From: a virus
DNA length: 6,041 bases
Strand: one strand, 5' to 3'
IMG/VR virus record: IMGVR_UViG_3300045988_001127
Span: 1-6,041 of that record
Positions 4,900 to 6,041 of the stretch are shown in pieces. How positions within the stretch are numbered: position 1 is the stretch's first letter; every line of letters begins with the position of its first letter. The notes beneath the pieces are model-generated. The model was not told where the DNA came from, ran no database searches, and saw nothing but the letters and a program-made list of their open reading frames with translations. The position numbers and the translations under genes were made by a program.

Positions 4900-6041
4900 T
4901 TAATAAGGTAAACCATTTCTATCCAAGTTCTGTACAGCATATACTTGGAAATTAACATTACAGAGCAACTGGTCAAACGCAACAGAACAGTTCGCAGCAT
5001 CAATTTGAGGAACGAATATAGAATTCAGCTGTTGAGGACGAACTTTCATAGACTGGTAAGACCAAGCACCGGAAGAGGTTAACACCTGCCATCCATCAAG
5101 AGGAGCAGACCAAGACTGATAAGCAGCACCAGCACGGAATCCAGCGTGAACGGTATCAATATTAGATTTCCATTGCCAATAACGGAGGTTATAACCAAGA
5201 GAACCGGAAACATTACGGCCGGGGTTATTCTGAAGATTCAGAGCAGGAACAGCTTGCATACCAAGCTGGTCAAATGCAGGTTGCGGGAAGTCAGAGATAG
5301 CGGTCACAGTCAATTGAGGAGCCTGACCAGTCAAATTCCAATCCAACATGGGGACAGCATGGTATACACACATAATCACCTGATGTTCAGCGCCACAGTC
5401 ATAAGTAATAGTATGTCCGGAATTACTGGATACACCTTTACCAGCAATAGAAGCCTGAGAAGAGTCAGAATCAAGATTAGTATTAACTACCTCATTAATG
5501 TTGATAACACTGGACCAACCTCCAATATAATGAGCATGATTACCCATGTATTCGGGAGCCTTAATACCAAATTGAGCGGCCATTTGGTCAGAGTAGTCTT
5601 TGCTAGAGAATTGTACTACTTCTTTCCAGCGCTGGAGATATTCTGTGGCACGAATTGAGAGAGCGGAAAGATCGGAATTAAGAGAAACAGGATAATTAGA
5701 ACCGGTACCAGCAGAACTGAGGGCAACAGTCGTACCTGAAGTATTAACAAGGACAGAAGCGGTACCAGCAGCATTAGGAGCAACAAGATAAGATGAAGCA
5801 TGAGAAGAAAATTTAGAAGGTAATACAGCTACCGAACCATATTGAGAAGATGGCAACATACCCATAAAGTAATCTTTCGGGTAGTTTGCATAGCGAAGTT
5901 TAACCATTTCCGTAACCAGTGAGATCTGACCGGTACCAGACCAATAATCAACATTATAAGAATAAGCCAAATGTTTCTCCCATTGAGAATTGCTGTAAAA
6001 ATCAAAATAGATTTTCTGATAAGCAAGGAACGGAAGAGCAT
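4900..6041 (-). CDS. VP1: Major capsid protein VP1/F, C-terminal part (354 unique codons, 5964..4903, plus stop; 5965..6041 duplicates 1..77)
   Basis: TAA at 4902..4900. The track's M at 5970 is an internal TTG (Leu). The frame stays open to the window end and reads ...QWEKHLAYSYNVDYW across the 1/5964 junction. Joined length is 577 aa. Confidence 0.93.
   Translation of the reverse strand, partial: ALPFLAYQKIYFDFYSNSQWEKHLAYSYNVDYWSGTGQISLVTEMVKLRYANYPKDYFMGMLPSSQYGSVAVLPSKFSSHASSYLVAPNAAGTASVLVNTSGTTVALSSAGTGSNYPVSLNSDLSALSIRATEYLQRWKEVVQFSSKDYSDQMAAQFGIKAPEYMGNHAHYIGGWSSVININEVVNTNLDSDSSQASIAGKGVSSNSGHTITYDCGAEHQVIMCVYHAVPMLDWNLTGQAPQLTVTAISDFPQPAFDQLGMQAVPALNLQNNPGRNVSGSLGYNLRYWQWKSNIDTVHAGFRAGAAYQSWSAPLDGWQVLTSSGAWSYQSMKVRPQQLNSIFVPQIDAANCSVAFDQLLCNVNFQVYAVQNLDRNGLPY
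5965..6041. repeat. Terminal direct repeat, copy 2 (identical to 1..77)
   Basis: See copy 1: 77 of 77 identical. Confidence 0.97.

Noticed and set aside
5146-5658. 170-aa plus-strand ORF antisense to the capsid gene; likewise plus-strand ORFs 3339..3743, 1848..2093, 2121..2348, 2420..2701 and 4212..4442
   Set aside because: Microviridae transcribe one strand only. These ORFs lie antisense to well-supported genes, have odd compositions and no recognisable motifs.
1-6041. Looked for CRISPR arrays, tRNA/rRNA genes, an integrase or transposase, a reverse transcriptase with template/variable repeat pairs, and toxin-antitoxin pairs
   Set aside because: None are visible. All long frames are accounted for by the seven phage genes, and the only exact long repeat is the 77-bp circularisation overlap.

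Overview
The window is one complete, circularly permuted ssDNA phage genome of the family Microviridae. It looks non-Bullavirinae (Alpavirinae/Gokushovirinae-like), probably with a Bacteroidota host. Bases 1..77 recur exactly at 5965..6041, so the unit circle is 5,964 nt. The major capsid gene is split across the window ends: 669..1 joins in frame to 5964..4900, giving 577 aa. Every credible gene is on the minus strand, so the window shows the complement of the sense (packaged) strand. Genuine genes share a strong T-at-third-codon-position signature, which I used to separate real frames from spurious ones. Order in the sense direction: Bacteroidota-type promoter (3021..2991), 65-aa orphan ORF with a TTG start, 27-aa single-TM peptide, 102-aa M15-family zinc peptidase (ATGA-coupled to the peptide), 559-aa HUH rolling-circle Rep (VP4), major capsid VP1, 146-aa acidic protein, 367-aa pilot/minor capsid VP2, then a roughly 290-nt GC-rich, hairpin-dense noncoding module (3330..3050) that leads back to the promoter. 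Two things deserve most attention. (1) A candidate two-component lysis cassette (mini membrane peptide plus M15 peptidoglycan peptidase), in a family whose textbook lysis mechanism is a single-gene MraY inhibitor and which mostly has no assigned lysis gene. (2) The compositionally foreign structured noncoding module, which carries both GCGAAAGC and GCGAAGC mini-hairpin motifs on the viral strand and is a candidate complementary-strand origin/terminator. All homology statements come from motif recognition by eye. No searches were run.
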